Assembly (NCBI GenBank): GCA_963836045.1
Contig: CAWIIC010000004.1
Span: 313,726-377,725 of the forward strand
DNA: 64,000 nt
Source of the DNA: an uncultured Pseudomonadota bacterium
GTDB taxonomy: Bacteria > Chloroflexota > UBA5177 > JAJPKF01
Direction: 5' to 3'
The notes below the pieces were generated by a model. That model saw only the letters and a list, made by a program, of their open reading frames with translations, was not told the origin of the DNA and did no database searches. Shown here piece after piece: positions 49,561-59,111 of this stretch; position 1 is the stretch's first letter, and every line of letters starts with the position of its first letter. Both the position numbers and the translations under genes were made by a program.

Positions 49561-50643
49561 GAAAACGATGACCGACCGCAACACCTCTCCCCTATGCATC
49601 GCCGCGAACGCCTCGTCCGTGTCCTCGAGCCCGATTCGTCGAGTTACCACTTCGTCGAGCAGCAGATCCCCCTTGAGGTACAGATCACAGAGAAGCGGGA
49701 AGTCCCGAGACGGCAGGCAGTCTCCGTACCATGACACCCGCAGCGAGCCGCCAAGGCCGAAGTAGCGCTGCAGCGGAAGCTCTATCGCTGCCGCCGCCCC
49801 GTGCACTCCGATCATGACGCATGTCCCGGCCAGGTCTCGCGACCATAACGCCTGTTCGACGGTGTCCGGCCTCCCGGCCGACTCAAACGAGTAGTCGACC
49901 CCCAATCCGTCAGTGAGTTCCTTGATCCGTTCAACCGGATCAGTGTTTCGTGCGTCGACCGTGTCCGTTGCCCCGAATTGCTTTGCCCACGCAAGCTTGT
50001 TGTCCGCGACGTCGACCGCAATGATCCGCCGTGCGTGGGCTAGGCGCGCCCCTTGGATCACGCTTACTCCGACACCTCCACACCCGTAAACGGCAACTGT
50101 GCTGCCGGCTCGGACGTTGGCCGCATACAACGCGGCGCCAACGCCGGTCATTACCCCACACCCAATGAGAGATGCCTGAGCCGGCGGGACGCTCCGCGGG
50201 ACCACGACCGCCTGCTGCGCCGCGACTACCGTGTGGGTGGCAAATGTTCCAATTCCCAACGCCGGTGACAATAGCTTCCCGTCGCTGGTTCTCATTTTCG
50301 GCGCCGCGTTGAGACTGTCGGCACAGAGGTTTGGCTGCCCGATCGAGCAGAAGCGGCATCGTCCGCATGGCGCTCGCCACGCCAGGATGACGTAGTCTCC
50401 CGCCATCGGCTCCGCGACGTTCGGGCCTACCGCCTCGACGATCCCCGCTCCCTCGTGTCCCAGGAGGTAAGGGAAATCGTTCCCGACGTCGCCGTCGATG
50501 TACATCAGGTCTGTGTGGCAGACGCCGCTGGCTTCTAGCCGGACCAGAACCTCGCCTGGCCCCGGATCGTCAATCGTAAAATCCTCCACCGTGGTGGGGC
50601 CGCCGGCCGTCCGAACAATGACTCCGCGGGCCTGTGTGGTCAC
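49558..50643 (-). CDS. zinc-dependent alcohol dehydrogenase, class III-like (S-(hydroxymethyl)mycothiol/glutathione dehydrogenase family)
   Basis: GHEGAGIVEAVG, structural-zinc cysteines C-x2-C-x2-C-x7-C (CGRCRFCSIGQPNLC), and GCGGVG nucleotide motif. Confidence 0.85.
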   Translation of the reverse strand: MTTQARGVIVRTAGGPTTVEDFTIDDPGPGEVLVRLEASGVCHTDLMYIDGDVGNDFPYLLGHEGAGIVEAVGPNVAEPMAGDYVILAWRAPCGRCRFCSIGQPNLCADSLNAAPKMRTSDGKLLSPALGIGTFATHTVVAAQQAVVVPRSVPPAQASLIGCGVMTGVGAALYAANVRAGSTVAVYGCGGVGVSVIQGARLAHARRIIAVDVADNKLAWAKQFGATDTVDARNTDPVERIKELTDGLGVDYSFESAGRPDTVEQALWSRDLAGTCVMIGVHGAAAAIELPLQRYFGLGGSLRVSWYGDCLPSRDFPLLCDLYLKGDLLLDEVVTRRIGLEDTDEAFAAMHRGEVLRSVIVF

Positions 50644-50721
50644 GGTTTCCTCCCTTGGCAGCGATAGTTTACCTGCGCCGATTCTACAATTGGTGGCGTA
50701 CCACTACGAGGAGAATAGCCA

Positions 50722-51765
50722 ATGGTCCTGGCCACCGATACTGACTCGCCTCCAGCAAAGTCCCGGACGGCTGAGAAACCCGTGGTTTTTTCGGGGATTC
50801 AGCCCTCCGGCTACCTGACGTTGGGAAACTACTTAGGCGCGATCAGGAATTGGGTAAACGACCAGGATCAGTTCGCTAACATCTTTGCCATCGTCGATCT
50901 TCACGCTATTACTGTTCCCCAAGATCCGAAGGAACTGTCGAACGCCATCCGCACGCTTGCCACTCTCTATCTCGCTGCCGGCATCGACCCCAACAAATCG
51001 GCGATCTTCGTCCAGTCGGAAGTCGATGAGCATGCCGTGCTGGCCTGGATCTTGAACTCCGTAACGCCGATTGGCTGGCTGAACCGCATGACTCAGTTCA
51101 AGACAAAGTCGGCCAAGCAGCGCGAGCAGACCTCGGCCGGCTTGTTCGACTATCCTGTCCTAATGGCCGCCGACATCCTCCTCTACAACGCTCGGTATGT
51201 GCCCGTCGGCGAAGACCAGAAGCAGCACGTCGAGCTCACCAGAGACATCGCCGAGCGCTTCAATGGCATGTTCGGCGAGACATTCGTTATTCCGCAGCCC
51301 GCAATCCGGGAGGTGGGTGCGCGGATCATGTCCCTGACCAATCCTGACGCCAAGATGAGCAAGAGCGAGCCCGAGGGAGCTATCGGCCTTCTCGATTCTC
51401 CCGACTTGACCCGGAAGAAGATCATGCGCGCCCAGACCGATTCATTCCGAGATATCGTGTTTGACGCGTCCCGTCCCGGTCTGTACAACCTGCTGTCGAT
51501 ATTCGAGTTGCTCAGCGCGATGAGTCGCCCCGAGATCGAAGACCACTTTGCTGGGAAGGGGTACGGAGATCTCAAACGTGAGCTGGCCGACCTCGTCGTG
51601 GCCTCACTCCAGCCCCTGCAAGAACGCTACCGGCAGCTCGACGCCGCGCCCGACTATGTCCAATCTATCCTGCGGAACGGTGCAAGCCAGGTAAGGCCGA
51701 CTGCTAAACGAACCGTTTCGACGGTGCGGGAGCGGGTGGGACTGGGCGCTGGTACAATCGGCTGA
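50722..51765 (+). CDS. trpS: tryptophan--tRNA ligase
   Basis: SGIQPSG...TLGNY (HIGH-class motif) and KMSKS (KMSKSEPEG). Confidence 0.9.
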   Translation: MVLATDTDSPPAKSRTAEKPVVFSGIQPSGYLTLGNYLGAIRNWVNDQDQFANIFAIVDLHAITVPQDPKELSNAIRTLATLYLAAGIDPNKSAIFVQSEVDEHAVLAWILNSVTPIGWLNRMTQFKTKSAKQREQTSAGLFDYPVLMAADILLYNARYVPVGEDQKQHVELTRDIAERFNGMFGETFVIPQPAIREVGARIMSLTNPDAKMSKSEPEGAIGLLDSPDLTRKKIMRAQTDSFRDIVFDASRPGLYNLLSIFELLSAMSRPEIEDHFAGKGYGDLKRELADLVVASLQPLQERYRQLDAAPDYVQSILRNGASQVRPTAKRTVSTVRERVGLGAGTIG

Positions 51766-51771
51766 TCAAAC

Positions 51772-52113
51772 ATGCACCAGGATGCCGACTGTCTCTGCCC
51801 CAAGTATTGTCGTGCTATTGACGTACTTGGGAAGCGCTGGACGTGTCTCATCCTCAGTGTTCTTCTCCAAGGGCCGAGGCGGTTCTCGGAAATCGAGCAC
51901 GCGGTGCCGGGAATCGGAGGACGGATGTTGACGGAGCGTCTCAAAGATCTCGAGGTGCACGGTATTGTGGAGCGCCATGTCTCTGCCTCTCCCGCGAGGA
52001 TGGAGTATGGGCTTACGGCGAAAGGACACGCGTTGCACCGTGTCGTCTACGAGATTGAGCTGTGGGCTGATCAATGGGAGTCAACAACGCCCGGGGCGGT
52101 GGTTACCGCATAG
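51772..52113 (+). CDS. HxlR-family winged-helix transcriptional regulator
   Basis: CPKYCRAIDVLGKRWTCLILSVLLQGPRRFSEIEHAVPGIGGRMLTERLKDLEVHGIVER is the canonical HxlR pattern. Confidence 0.8.
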   Translation: MHQDADCLCPKYCRAIDVLGKRWTCLILSVLLQGPRRFSEIEHAVPGIGGRMLTERLKDLEVHGIVERHVSASPARMEYGLTAKGHALHRVVYEIELWADQWESTTPGAVVTA

Positions 52114-52287
52114 CTAGGGGTTGTCAGAAGAGGTAAAACCCTTTAGGATGGTATGGCGTCCCGCCACGGACGCTTACGGGTATGGAGATTGCACTACGGC
52201 TACCCATCGGGCTTGCCGCTGAGTCCCGATGCGGGGCGGGCGCCGTCGACAGGCTCCACTTTCTTTTGTGCGCTAGGGGAAGATCGG

Positions 52288-52620
52288 ATGCTGAGACGAA
52301 AGAAACAAAAACGCGTCGTCGACATGACCAACGAAGAGGCCGCGGCGTTTTACGTGCGGCGCGCAGTAATGGCGGAGAACAGCGGGAACTACGGCCGGGC
52401 GAACCACCTGTTCCACACTGCTGCGCTGCATGACCCAGCCAACGTCGACGCCAGTGCCGGCATCGAGCGGACTGGGCCGATCTGCGAGCAGCAGCAAAAA
52501 GCGGCCGCCGCGGCTCCCGCCACGACTACGTATACTCACCAGCACTCGCCTGGTCGTCGCCGCCGAACTCGTCGCCCCTGGTGGAAGAAAGCCCTCAGCT
52601 CGGTGAAGCTCGGGAGCTAA
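52288..52620 (+). CDS. hypothetical protein
   Basis: ORF with a basic N-terminus (MLRRKKQKR) and a TPR-like segment. No RBS seen. Weak call. Confidence 0.3.
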   Translation: MLRRKKQKRVVDMTNEEAAAFYVRRAVMAENSGNYGRANHLFHTAALHDPANVDASAGIERTGPICEQQQKAAAAAPATTTYTHQHSPGRRRRTRRPWWKKALSSVKLGS

Positions 52621-52699
52621 CCGCGACATCTGACGCTTCGGCCCAGCCTCCAAACTCGCTGACTTTCCGGTTTGAAAAGGCTGTTTCATTAGGCTGCTT

Positions 52700-53085
52700 A
52701 CGCCTTAACCGGCAGGGGGATCCCCATGCTTCGTGGTGCCTGAAAGTCATACTGATCCCGTTCGACCATGGCCGTCGTAATCCTCCCCGCCGACCATTGC
52801 CGCGACTACACCAACCCTGACTTCCATACCCCGGGCGGGTGCGGTCGCTGGAACTGACAACTGAAAACTGACAACTGAAAACTGACAACCATTTTCTCCA
52901 TGCTTCGTGGTGTCCAACGCCCTGGGAGGCCAGTTCGAAAATGGAAACGGATCGAGGAGAGCCTCCCCGCCGACCATCGCCGCGACTACAGCAACCCTGG
53001 CTTCCATGCCCCGGGCGGTTGCGGTCGCTGGAACTGAAAACTGAAAACTGACGACTGAAAACTGAATCATGTACCATGATGTGCT
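52700..53085 (+). repeat. two tandem copies of the heptad-tailed intergenic element (family 1)
   Basis: catgcttcgtggtg...ccgccgaccat(t/c)gccgcgactaca..aaccctg(a/g)cttccat(a/g)ccccgggcgg(g/t)tgcggtcgctggaactga(c/a)aactgaaaactga... repeated twice. The 52595..53077 and 52747..53211 minus ORFs are artefacts. Confidence 0.8.
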
Positions 53086-53154
53086 GACCCTATTGCGGGT
53101 AGGGCTGCCGCGACTTCGTCGTCGCACATGACCCGGGAGTATGCACCTGTCCTC

Positions 53155-54174
53155 ATGAAGCTGTTGGTCACCGGCGGTGCCGGTTTCATCGGATCGAATT
53201 TCGTACGCCATGCCTTAGAGCGTTGGCCCGACTGCCGTATCACCGTGCTCGACAAGCTTACCTATGCGGGAAATCTCGAGAACCTCACCGGTGTTAGCGC
53301 CGACCCCCGCTTCGCCTTTGTCCACGGAGACATTTGTGACTCAACCCTTGTCCGTGCCGGCGCCGCCGGCTGCGATGCAATTCTCAATTTTGCGGCCGAA
53401 ACGCACGTCGACAGGTCGATCCACTCCTCCGGTGACTTTGTGCGCACCGACGTGGAGGGCACGAGAACGCTGCTCGACGCCGCTCTTGAGTGCGGCGTCG
53501 GTCGCTACATTCAAGTGAGCACCGATGAGGTCTACGGAGACATGCCTCCAGGTCGTCGTGCGGCCGAGGAGTCTCCACTGCGACCGCGCAGCCCTTACTC
53601 GGCATCGAAGGCTGGCGGCGACCTGATGGTTCAGGCATATCATGTGACGTACGGGCTCGACACTGTAATCACGCGCTCGTCCAACAATTACGGCCCCTAT
53701 CAGTTCCCCGAGAAGCTAATCCCTCTCTTCGTCACGAACGCTTTTCAGGGAGCTCCTCTCCCTGTCTATGGCGATGGCCTGCAGTATAGGGACTGGATCT
53801 ACGTCGACGATCACTGTCGAGCCCTATGCTTGATTCTGGAGAAGGGCGCAACCGGCGAGTCCTACAACGTGGGCACCGAGGTCGAGCGGCCTAACATCGA
53901 TGTTGTCGACGAGATCGTGCGTCTCACTGGAGCCGATCGGTCCACGGTCACTTACGTCGAAGATCGCCCTGGCCACGATCGTCGGTATGCTCTGGATTGC
54001 ACCAAGCTGCGGAAGCTAGGCTGGCAGCCTGAAACTAGCTTTGCTGAGGGACTGGCCGCCACCGTCGCTTGGTACCAAGCGAATGAGCCGTGGTGGCGCT
54101 CTTCCCGCGATGGGGCCTTTCAGCAATTCTACGAACTTCAATACGGAAATAGACTACAGAAAGCATCAACATGA
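53155..54174 (+). CDS. rfbB: dTDP-glucose 4,6-dehydratase
   Basis: MKLLVTGGAGFIGSNFVRH, catalytic YSASKAG, and the characteristic C-terminus. Its stop overlaps the rmlD start (ATGA). Confidence 0.9.
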   Translation: MKLLVTGGAGFIGSNFVRHALERWPDCRITVLDKLTYAGNLENLTGVSADPRFAFVHGDICDSTLVRAGAAGCDAILNFAAETHVDRSIHSSGDFVRTDVEGTRTLLDAALECGVGRYIQVSTDEVYGDMPPGRRAAEESPLRPRSPYSASKAGGDLMVQAYHVTYGLDTVITRSSNNYGPYQFPEKLIPLFVTNAFQGAPLPVYGDGLQYRDWIYVDDHCRALCLILEKGATGESYNVGTEVERPNIDVVDEIVRLTGADRSTVTYVEDRPGHDRRYALDCTKLRKLGWQPETSFAEGLAATVAWYQANEPWWRSSRDGAFQQFYELQYGNRLQKAST

Positions 54175-55037
54175 AAGCCTTTATCACCGGTGCCGGAGGG
54201 CAAGTAGGCTCGGAGCTCCGAGCACTCCTTCCCAGCGCCATTGCCGCCGATCACGCCACCCTCGACGTCTCTGACGAGGACAGCGTCTGGCGAGCCCTGA
54301 CTAACAAGAAGATAGATGTCGTGTTCCACACGGCTGCTATGACGGATGTGGATGCCTGTGAGCGAAGCCCGGCTTCGGCCCGTCGCGTGAATGCGCTGGG
54401 TGCTCGCAACCTCGCTTGCGTGTGCGGAACCCTCGGAATATACCTTGTTGCCCTGAGCACCGATTACGTATTCGATGGTCGAGGACACATCGACCATGAT
54501 GAGGACGCGACTACTAAGCCCATCTCCGTCTACGGCAAGTCAAAGCTCGAGGGGGAGATCGCCGTAGCCGAGAATTGCCCTCAGGCCGCTGTGGTCAGAA
54601 CCTCGTGGGTGTACGGCTCCGGCCGCCGCAACTTCGTTCGGAAAGTGCTTGAACGAGCATCGACTGGAGAAAACATCTCGATGGTGACTCATCAGGTGTC
54701 AACCCCTACCTGGGCACGAGATCTCGCTCCTGCCCTGATCAAGCTTGCGCGACGTAGACCCGCCGGCACGTTTCATCTGACGAACGAGGGACATGCCTCT
54801 CGGTGTGAGTGGGCTCGGGCTATTGTCGAGCTTGTCGGTCTCGATCCCGATAGAGTTCAGCCCGTCGAAAGCGTTCCCACCTTCGCTCGGCGCCCCGCCT
54901 ACTCCGTGCTCGCCAACCGTCGCGCTCGTGCATTAGGAATTTCACTCCGCCCGTGGCAGGAGTCGCTTGCCGACTTCATCGAGGTGGACGGCGACATCAG
55001 AACTATGCTCGCTAATGCCAGAGAGCCCGTTGCCTGA
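54171..55037 (+). CDS. rfbD: dTDP-4-dehydrorhamnose reductase
   Basis: MKAFITGAGGQVGSEL, STDYVFDG and YGKSKLEGE motifs. Confidence 0.85.
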   Translation: MKAFITGAGGQVGSELRALLPSAIAADHATLDVSDEDSVWRALTNKKIDVVFHTAAMTDVDACERSPASARRVNALGARNLACVCGTLGIYLVALSTDYVFDGRGHIDHDEDATTKPISVYGKSKLEGEIAVAENCPQAAVVRTSWVYGSGRRNFVRKVLERASTGENISMVTHQVSTPTWARDLAPALIKLARRRPAGTFHLTNEGHASRCEWARAIVELVGLDPDRVQPVESVPTFARRPAYSVLANRRARALGISLRPWQESLADFIEVDGDIRTMLANAREPVA

Positions 55038-55159
55038 CGACCTCAAGCGGCGACGCGGCTAACATCAGCCGCGTCGTGACCTTCCTTACAACGTCAAACT
55101 ACACCCGTTCTTCGGTGGTAGTGGACCGGAAAGGCTAAGCGGCTCCTCGGCGGTTCACC

Positions 55160-55447
55160 CTACGCCTCTACCGGCTGCAGATAACCCTCGTCTGTAAACA
55201 AACGCTTCGCCTCGATAACGGAAATGTCCGACGGCGGGAGGATGAGGTCGGACGGGACGACTCTGTCGTTCGGCACCTTCGTGCCTCGCTCTTCAATCAG
55301 ATCCACCAAAGCCTTCAGCACCTTGTGGAAGTTCGGCGAGTCCTGCGTATCGACGGCCTTGAACAGCTGGCCGTCGAGCTCGTCGAGACGCTGGCGCGCG
55401 TCGTCGTCAAGCTCGTACTGTCCCTCGCCCTGAATTCGAACGATCAC
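55160..55447 (-). CDS. small PspA-associated protein (PspAA-like), hypothetical
   Basis: 95-aa acidic protein immediately downstream of and overlapping pspA. MIVRIQGEGQYELDDD is a typical start for the PspA-adjacent family. Confidence 0.5.
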   Translation of the reverse strand: MIVRIQGEGQYELDDDARQRLDELDGQLFKAVDTQDSPNFHKVLKALVDLIEERGTKVPNDRVVPSDLILPPSDISVIEAKRLFTDEGYLQPVEA

Positions 55448-56208
55448 GCTTCCCCCTTCGCCGGCGGTGTGGCTTCGCTGTCAGGCAGCTGGCCCTGGGG
55501 AGCCGGAGAAGGCAATCCCATCTGTTGCTTCATCTGCTCCAGCTGCAGGTCTACCGCTGATCCTCCCGAAACTTGCTTGAGTTTCCTGTCGAGGTCGTCT
55601 TCCGTACTCGTGTAATCGGTCAACGCCCCCGAGTCCATCAGCTCATCCATGGCGCCTGCTCTGGCCTGGAGTTGCTGCGTTTTGTCCTGAGCCCTCTGCA
55701 CCGCCATGCCGACGTCGGCGAACTCTTCCGAGATACCGGTAGCCGCTTCGCTGACCTTCACCTGCGCAGAAGCCGCTGTGTACTGGGCCTTGATGACCTC
55801 CTTCTGGCTTCGGAAGGCCTCGATCTTCGCCTGCAGGCGCTGCTGGGCGTCGGTCAGCTTCGCTTGTTGGTCTTCGAGTCCTGCAATCTGCTGGCTGAGG
55901 CTCGCCAGGCTGTCGTCGATGACCTGCTTCCGCTGCAAAGCCTCCCTCGCGATATCTTCGTGACCCGAGGCAAGCGCCTGTCGTGCTTGATCCTCTCGCT
56001 TCTGCGACTCCGCCCGAAGCTTATCCGCCTCTAGCTGCGTTCGACGCTTCGACGTCACCAGCTCCGCTAACCCTCGCTTGACGTTTTGCAGGAGCTCCAG
56101 CTGCTTCTCGTAGGAGTAGTCAAGAGTTTCGTTGGGGTTCTCGGCGCGATCAAGCACCTTGTTCATCTTCGCGCCGAAGATGGTGTTCATTCGTCTGAAT
56201 ACGCTCAT
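55444..56208 (-). CDS. pspA: PspA/IM30 family protein
   Basis: MSVFRRMNTIFGAKMNKVLDRAENP...LDYSYEKQLELLQNVKRGLAELVT is the canonical PspA N-terminus. Coiled-coil throughout. Confidence 0.85.
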   Translation of the reverse strand: MSVFRRMNTIFGAKMNKVLDRAENPNETLDYSYEKQLELLQNVKRGLAELVTSKRRTQLEADKLRAESQKREDQARQALASGHEDIAREALQRKQVIDDSLASLSQQIAGLEDQQAKLTDAQQRLQAKIEAFRSQKEVIKAQYTAASAQVKVSEAATGISEEFADVGMAVQRAQDKTQQLQARAGAMDELMDSGALTDYTSTEDDLDRKLKQVSGGSAVDLQLEQMKQQMGLPSPAPQGQLPDSEATPPAKGEA

Positions 56209-56311
56209 GGAAATTAGTCCACCCTGTTGTGTCAATTACCTGGAGAAAGGAAGACCTGACTCTCTGAGTTAGACTACTCGCTAAGACTCATGGTGTCAAT
56301 CGAGAACAGGC

Positions 56312-57199
56312 TTATCCTGGGCTCGAAAGTGGTCGGCTCGGCACCAGGCTCCGAACCATGCTAACTGTCCTTCCGGCCGCTGTGAGAAGTATCGCCGCCA
56401 GTGCCACCGTAACCACCGCACCGACTGCGTCGAGAATCCAGTGATTAGCTGAGATCAACACCACCGCTAGCATGACGAAGGGGTAGATTCCACCCAGAAT
56501 TCGTAGCCAGAGGTGCCTGCCCAACACTACTAAACTTGCACCTACGATGATGGCATACACCAGATGCAGGCTGGGCATCGCTGCAAATGGATTGTACGTG
56601 TACGAGGTGAGCTGAGCTCCCCCGGACTGCGTCAAGCCGATCGCCTGGCTGGGATCGACAAACCCGAAGTTCGGGAAGTAGCGAGGCGGTGCCGTGGGGA
56701 AGGTCATGTACACGATAAGCGCAATGCCCGTCGACATATAAAGCAGGTTCCGGACGAACCCGAACGCCTCGTTCCGGCGCACGTACAACCATATGAGAAA
56801 TCCAAGCGTGACGAACAAGTGAGCCAAAGCATAGAATCCGTCGATCGCATGCATCAGAAGGTTATCGGGCAAAAACAGCTGTTGAATGCGCGACTCTATA
56901 AAGAAGCCGTGTCCGATCTCGAAATCCAGTAGCTTATACCCGTTCGAATACGCCACCGCGGTAAGTTGCGCGACCGTCACGTGAGCCCGAGAGAACTCAT
57001 ACAGCCGCTCCAGCATCAGCGTCATCCCGATCTGAAGCACGAGCCCAAAGAATCGTGGGAACCGGGGCGCTTGCCCAGCCGAGTAAAAGCGAGTATACAG
57101 CCGCCACACTGCCCAGGCGGCGAGCAGCGACAGCGCGACGATGAACAGATAATCGCCTTGGGCGATGTCGCTCAGAAGATCGAAAAGCCAGCCGAACAT
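56312..57199 (-). CDS. PAP2-superfamily integral membrane protein
   Basis: Multi-pass membrane protein with PSLH and HWILD, matching the PAP2 C2/C3 motifs. Confidence 0.6.
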   Translation of the reverse strand: MFGWLFDLLSDIAQGDYLFIVALSLLAAWAVWRLYTRFYSAGQAPRFPRFFGLVLQIGMTLMLERLYEFSRAHVTVAQLTAVAYSNGYKLLDFEIGHGFFIESRIQQLFLPDNLLMHAIDGFYALAHLFVTLGFLIWLYVRRNEAFGFVRNLLYMSTGIALIVYMTFPTAPPRYFPNFGFVDPSQAIGLTQSGGAQLTSYTYNPFAAMPSLHLVYAIIVGASLVVLGRHLWLRILGGIYPFVMLAVVLISANHWILDAVGAVVTVALAAILLTAAGRTVSMVRSLVPSRPLSSPG

Positions 57200-57616
57200 G
57201 GGCCTTCCCCGCAGGTGTCTCGCCCTAAGTCTACCGCGCAAGCAGCCCCTTGAGCTTTGCCCGTACCGTAAGTCCAGGCCTCGATCAACCCGCTAAAACG
57301 CTCCGGTATGCGCGATTGCTCGCGCACAATGCGGCTCTGCCTGCCCCAGCTCGGCTCACATCACAGTTACATCACGCTCAGGCTGATTCTGCGTTCGAAG
57401 CATGAGTGTGAATCTCATCACACCGCCCGCGTATGACGCCAGGTTTGAGAGATCGAGGGCCGAGTGGCCTAAGCGCTATCACCCCTTGTCGCGCCGCCGT
57501 CAGGCCTCGGCATGCTTCCGTGTGGCATTCAGCTTAACGCGATCGAACGTCGCAGATTGCGGCACAAAAAGACAAATGCCGGGCCGTCCTCGCTTGGACA
57601 GCCCGGCACTCTTGAG

Positions 57617-59002
57617 CTACTCGCTCCCGAAGGGTCCCGAGGTGTCCGGCTCCGTGTTGACGATGGCGTCGGTGACTTCCATGAGATGGTCGTTCAGCTG
57701 ACGGTGCTGATCGATGTTCTTGATGACCTCTGACCCAAGCCGTCTCGCAGTCTCGGCTGCCTGTCGCAAGATGTGGTCATGACGGGATCGGCCCTCGGCA
57801 ATGATCCGCCTGGCCTCCTGTTGGGCCCGATCTCGAGTCGCCGCGGCCTGCTGCTCGGCTTCCGTCCTGATCTGATCGGCAATCGTGTCCGCCGCTTTGA
57901 TTGTCTGCTCGCCATAACGACGCATACTGTCAAGATGAGACACGCTGTCGCTCAGCTCCGAAAGCTGGGCTTCCAAAGCTTGAGATCGTTTGGTCAGTTG
58001 TGCGAGGACCGCGACGACCTCATTTTCCCGCAGCCCGCCATCCGAAGTCCTCGCGAATGTAAAACCGAGCACCTCGAGTGACGGTGGGACAGTCTGTCGA
58101 GGGGGCACTTCGGCAGGGGTCGTTGGCAAAGGCGCGGAAGCAGCAACTGTCGGCGGCATAGGTGCGGGATCCGGGACCGTCGCCGGCATAGGCGCGGGGT
58201 CCGGGACCGTCGATGGCTGAGAAAAAGCCTGCGCAGGTGGAGTCGGAGCTGCCTCATAGGTAGGAGCGGGTGGCACCGGGACGCGATCGTTCGGTGACTG
58301 AACGGAAGCAGGCTGCGGCACCCTCGTCGGCTCCGACGTTTGGGTGGGAGGTGGCGCCGATACCTCTTGCTCTGTAACGCTCGAAGCAGGTGCAAGCGCC
58401 CCCTCGATGTCGGCGGTCTCCGAACCCAGAGATTGCCGTTTCGTTACAAATTCCTGGGCGTCTGGCTTCGGAGTCGCCTGCTGGCGCTCTGGTTCCGGTG
58501 CCTGGGCCCCAACTGATGGCGCGGTGGGCTGCTGCTCGTTCTCCTCTAATGGAGCTGCCTGGCTGGGCCACGCCTCCGGTGCTGGTTCTTGACCAATTGC
58601 CTCAAACTCGAAGGCGGATGACTCGATTACCGGCTCACTGGCGTCCACCGGCCCGGCTGGCTGCTGTCGGTCGGGTGTATGGTGTCCGTTTGTGTACTCG
58701 GACGGCTGAGCTGGTGCTTCTGAGCTGGGTGCGCTCCTGAAGGGGGCCCAATCCGCCTCTGATCCAAGAGATACGCTTCCTTCATCAAGTCGCTGTCGCA
58801 AGATAACTGCCTCCAGACTCTGACGGTCGATCGCGCCCATTTCCTCGAGAATTGTCCCCAGGAGAACGTGGAATCCCGCCTTGCTCATTCTCTTCTGTCG
58901 ATTCAGTGCCTCATCCAGCTGTTCGGCTTTCAGCACCCCCGCGTCAATCAGGTACTGGCCGACCCGTTTCGCTGAAAGTGCATTTTCTGCTGAGTTAGTC
59001 AT
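57617..59002 (-). CDS. hypothetical protein with N-terminal T2SSE_N/MshEN-like domain, Pro/Thr-rich linker and C-terminal DivIVA-like coiled coil
   Basis: VGQYLIDAGVLKAEQLDEALNRQKR...LGTILEEMGAIDRQSLEAVI resembles the GspE N-terminal domain. The linker carries PDPAPMP repeats. The C-terminus is a coiled coil. Confidence 0.55.
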   Translation of the reverse strand: MTNSAENALSAKRVGQYLIDAGVLKAEQLDEALNRQKRMSKAGFHVLLGTILEEMGAIDRQSLEAVILRQRLDEGSVSLGSEADWAPFRSAPSSEAPAQPSEYTNGHHTPDRQQPAGPVDASEPVIESSAFEFEAIGQEPAPEAWPSQAAPLEENEQQPTAPSVGAQAPEPERQQATPKPDAQEFVTKRQSLGSETADIEGALAPASSVTEQEVSAPPPTQTSEPTRVPQPASVQSPNDRVPVPPAPTYEAAPTPPAQAFSQPSTVPDPAPMPATVPDPAPMPPTVAASAPLPTTPAEVPPRQTVPPSLEVLGFTFARTSDGGLRENEVVAVLAQLTKRSQALEAQLSELSDSVSHLDSMRRYGEQTIKAADTIADQIRTEAEQQAAATRDRAQQEARRIIAEGRSRHDHILRQAAETARRLGSEVIKNIDQHRQLNDHLMEVTDAIVNTEPDTSGPFGSE

Positions 59003-59111
59003 GATGTCCCCGTTGTTTCTCCAGGCAGTTCAAGATCGTTGGCGAAGTTACTAGGCAGTTTGCTGGTCTTAACAAGCAACACAATAGGATTTTATGGCTA
59101 GCTGGGAAGGG

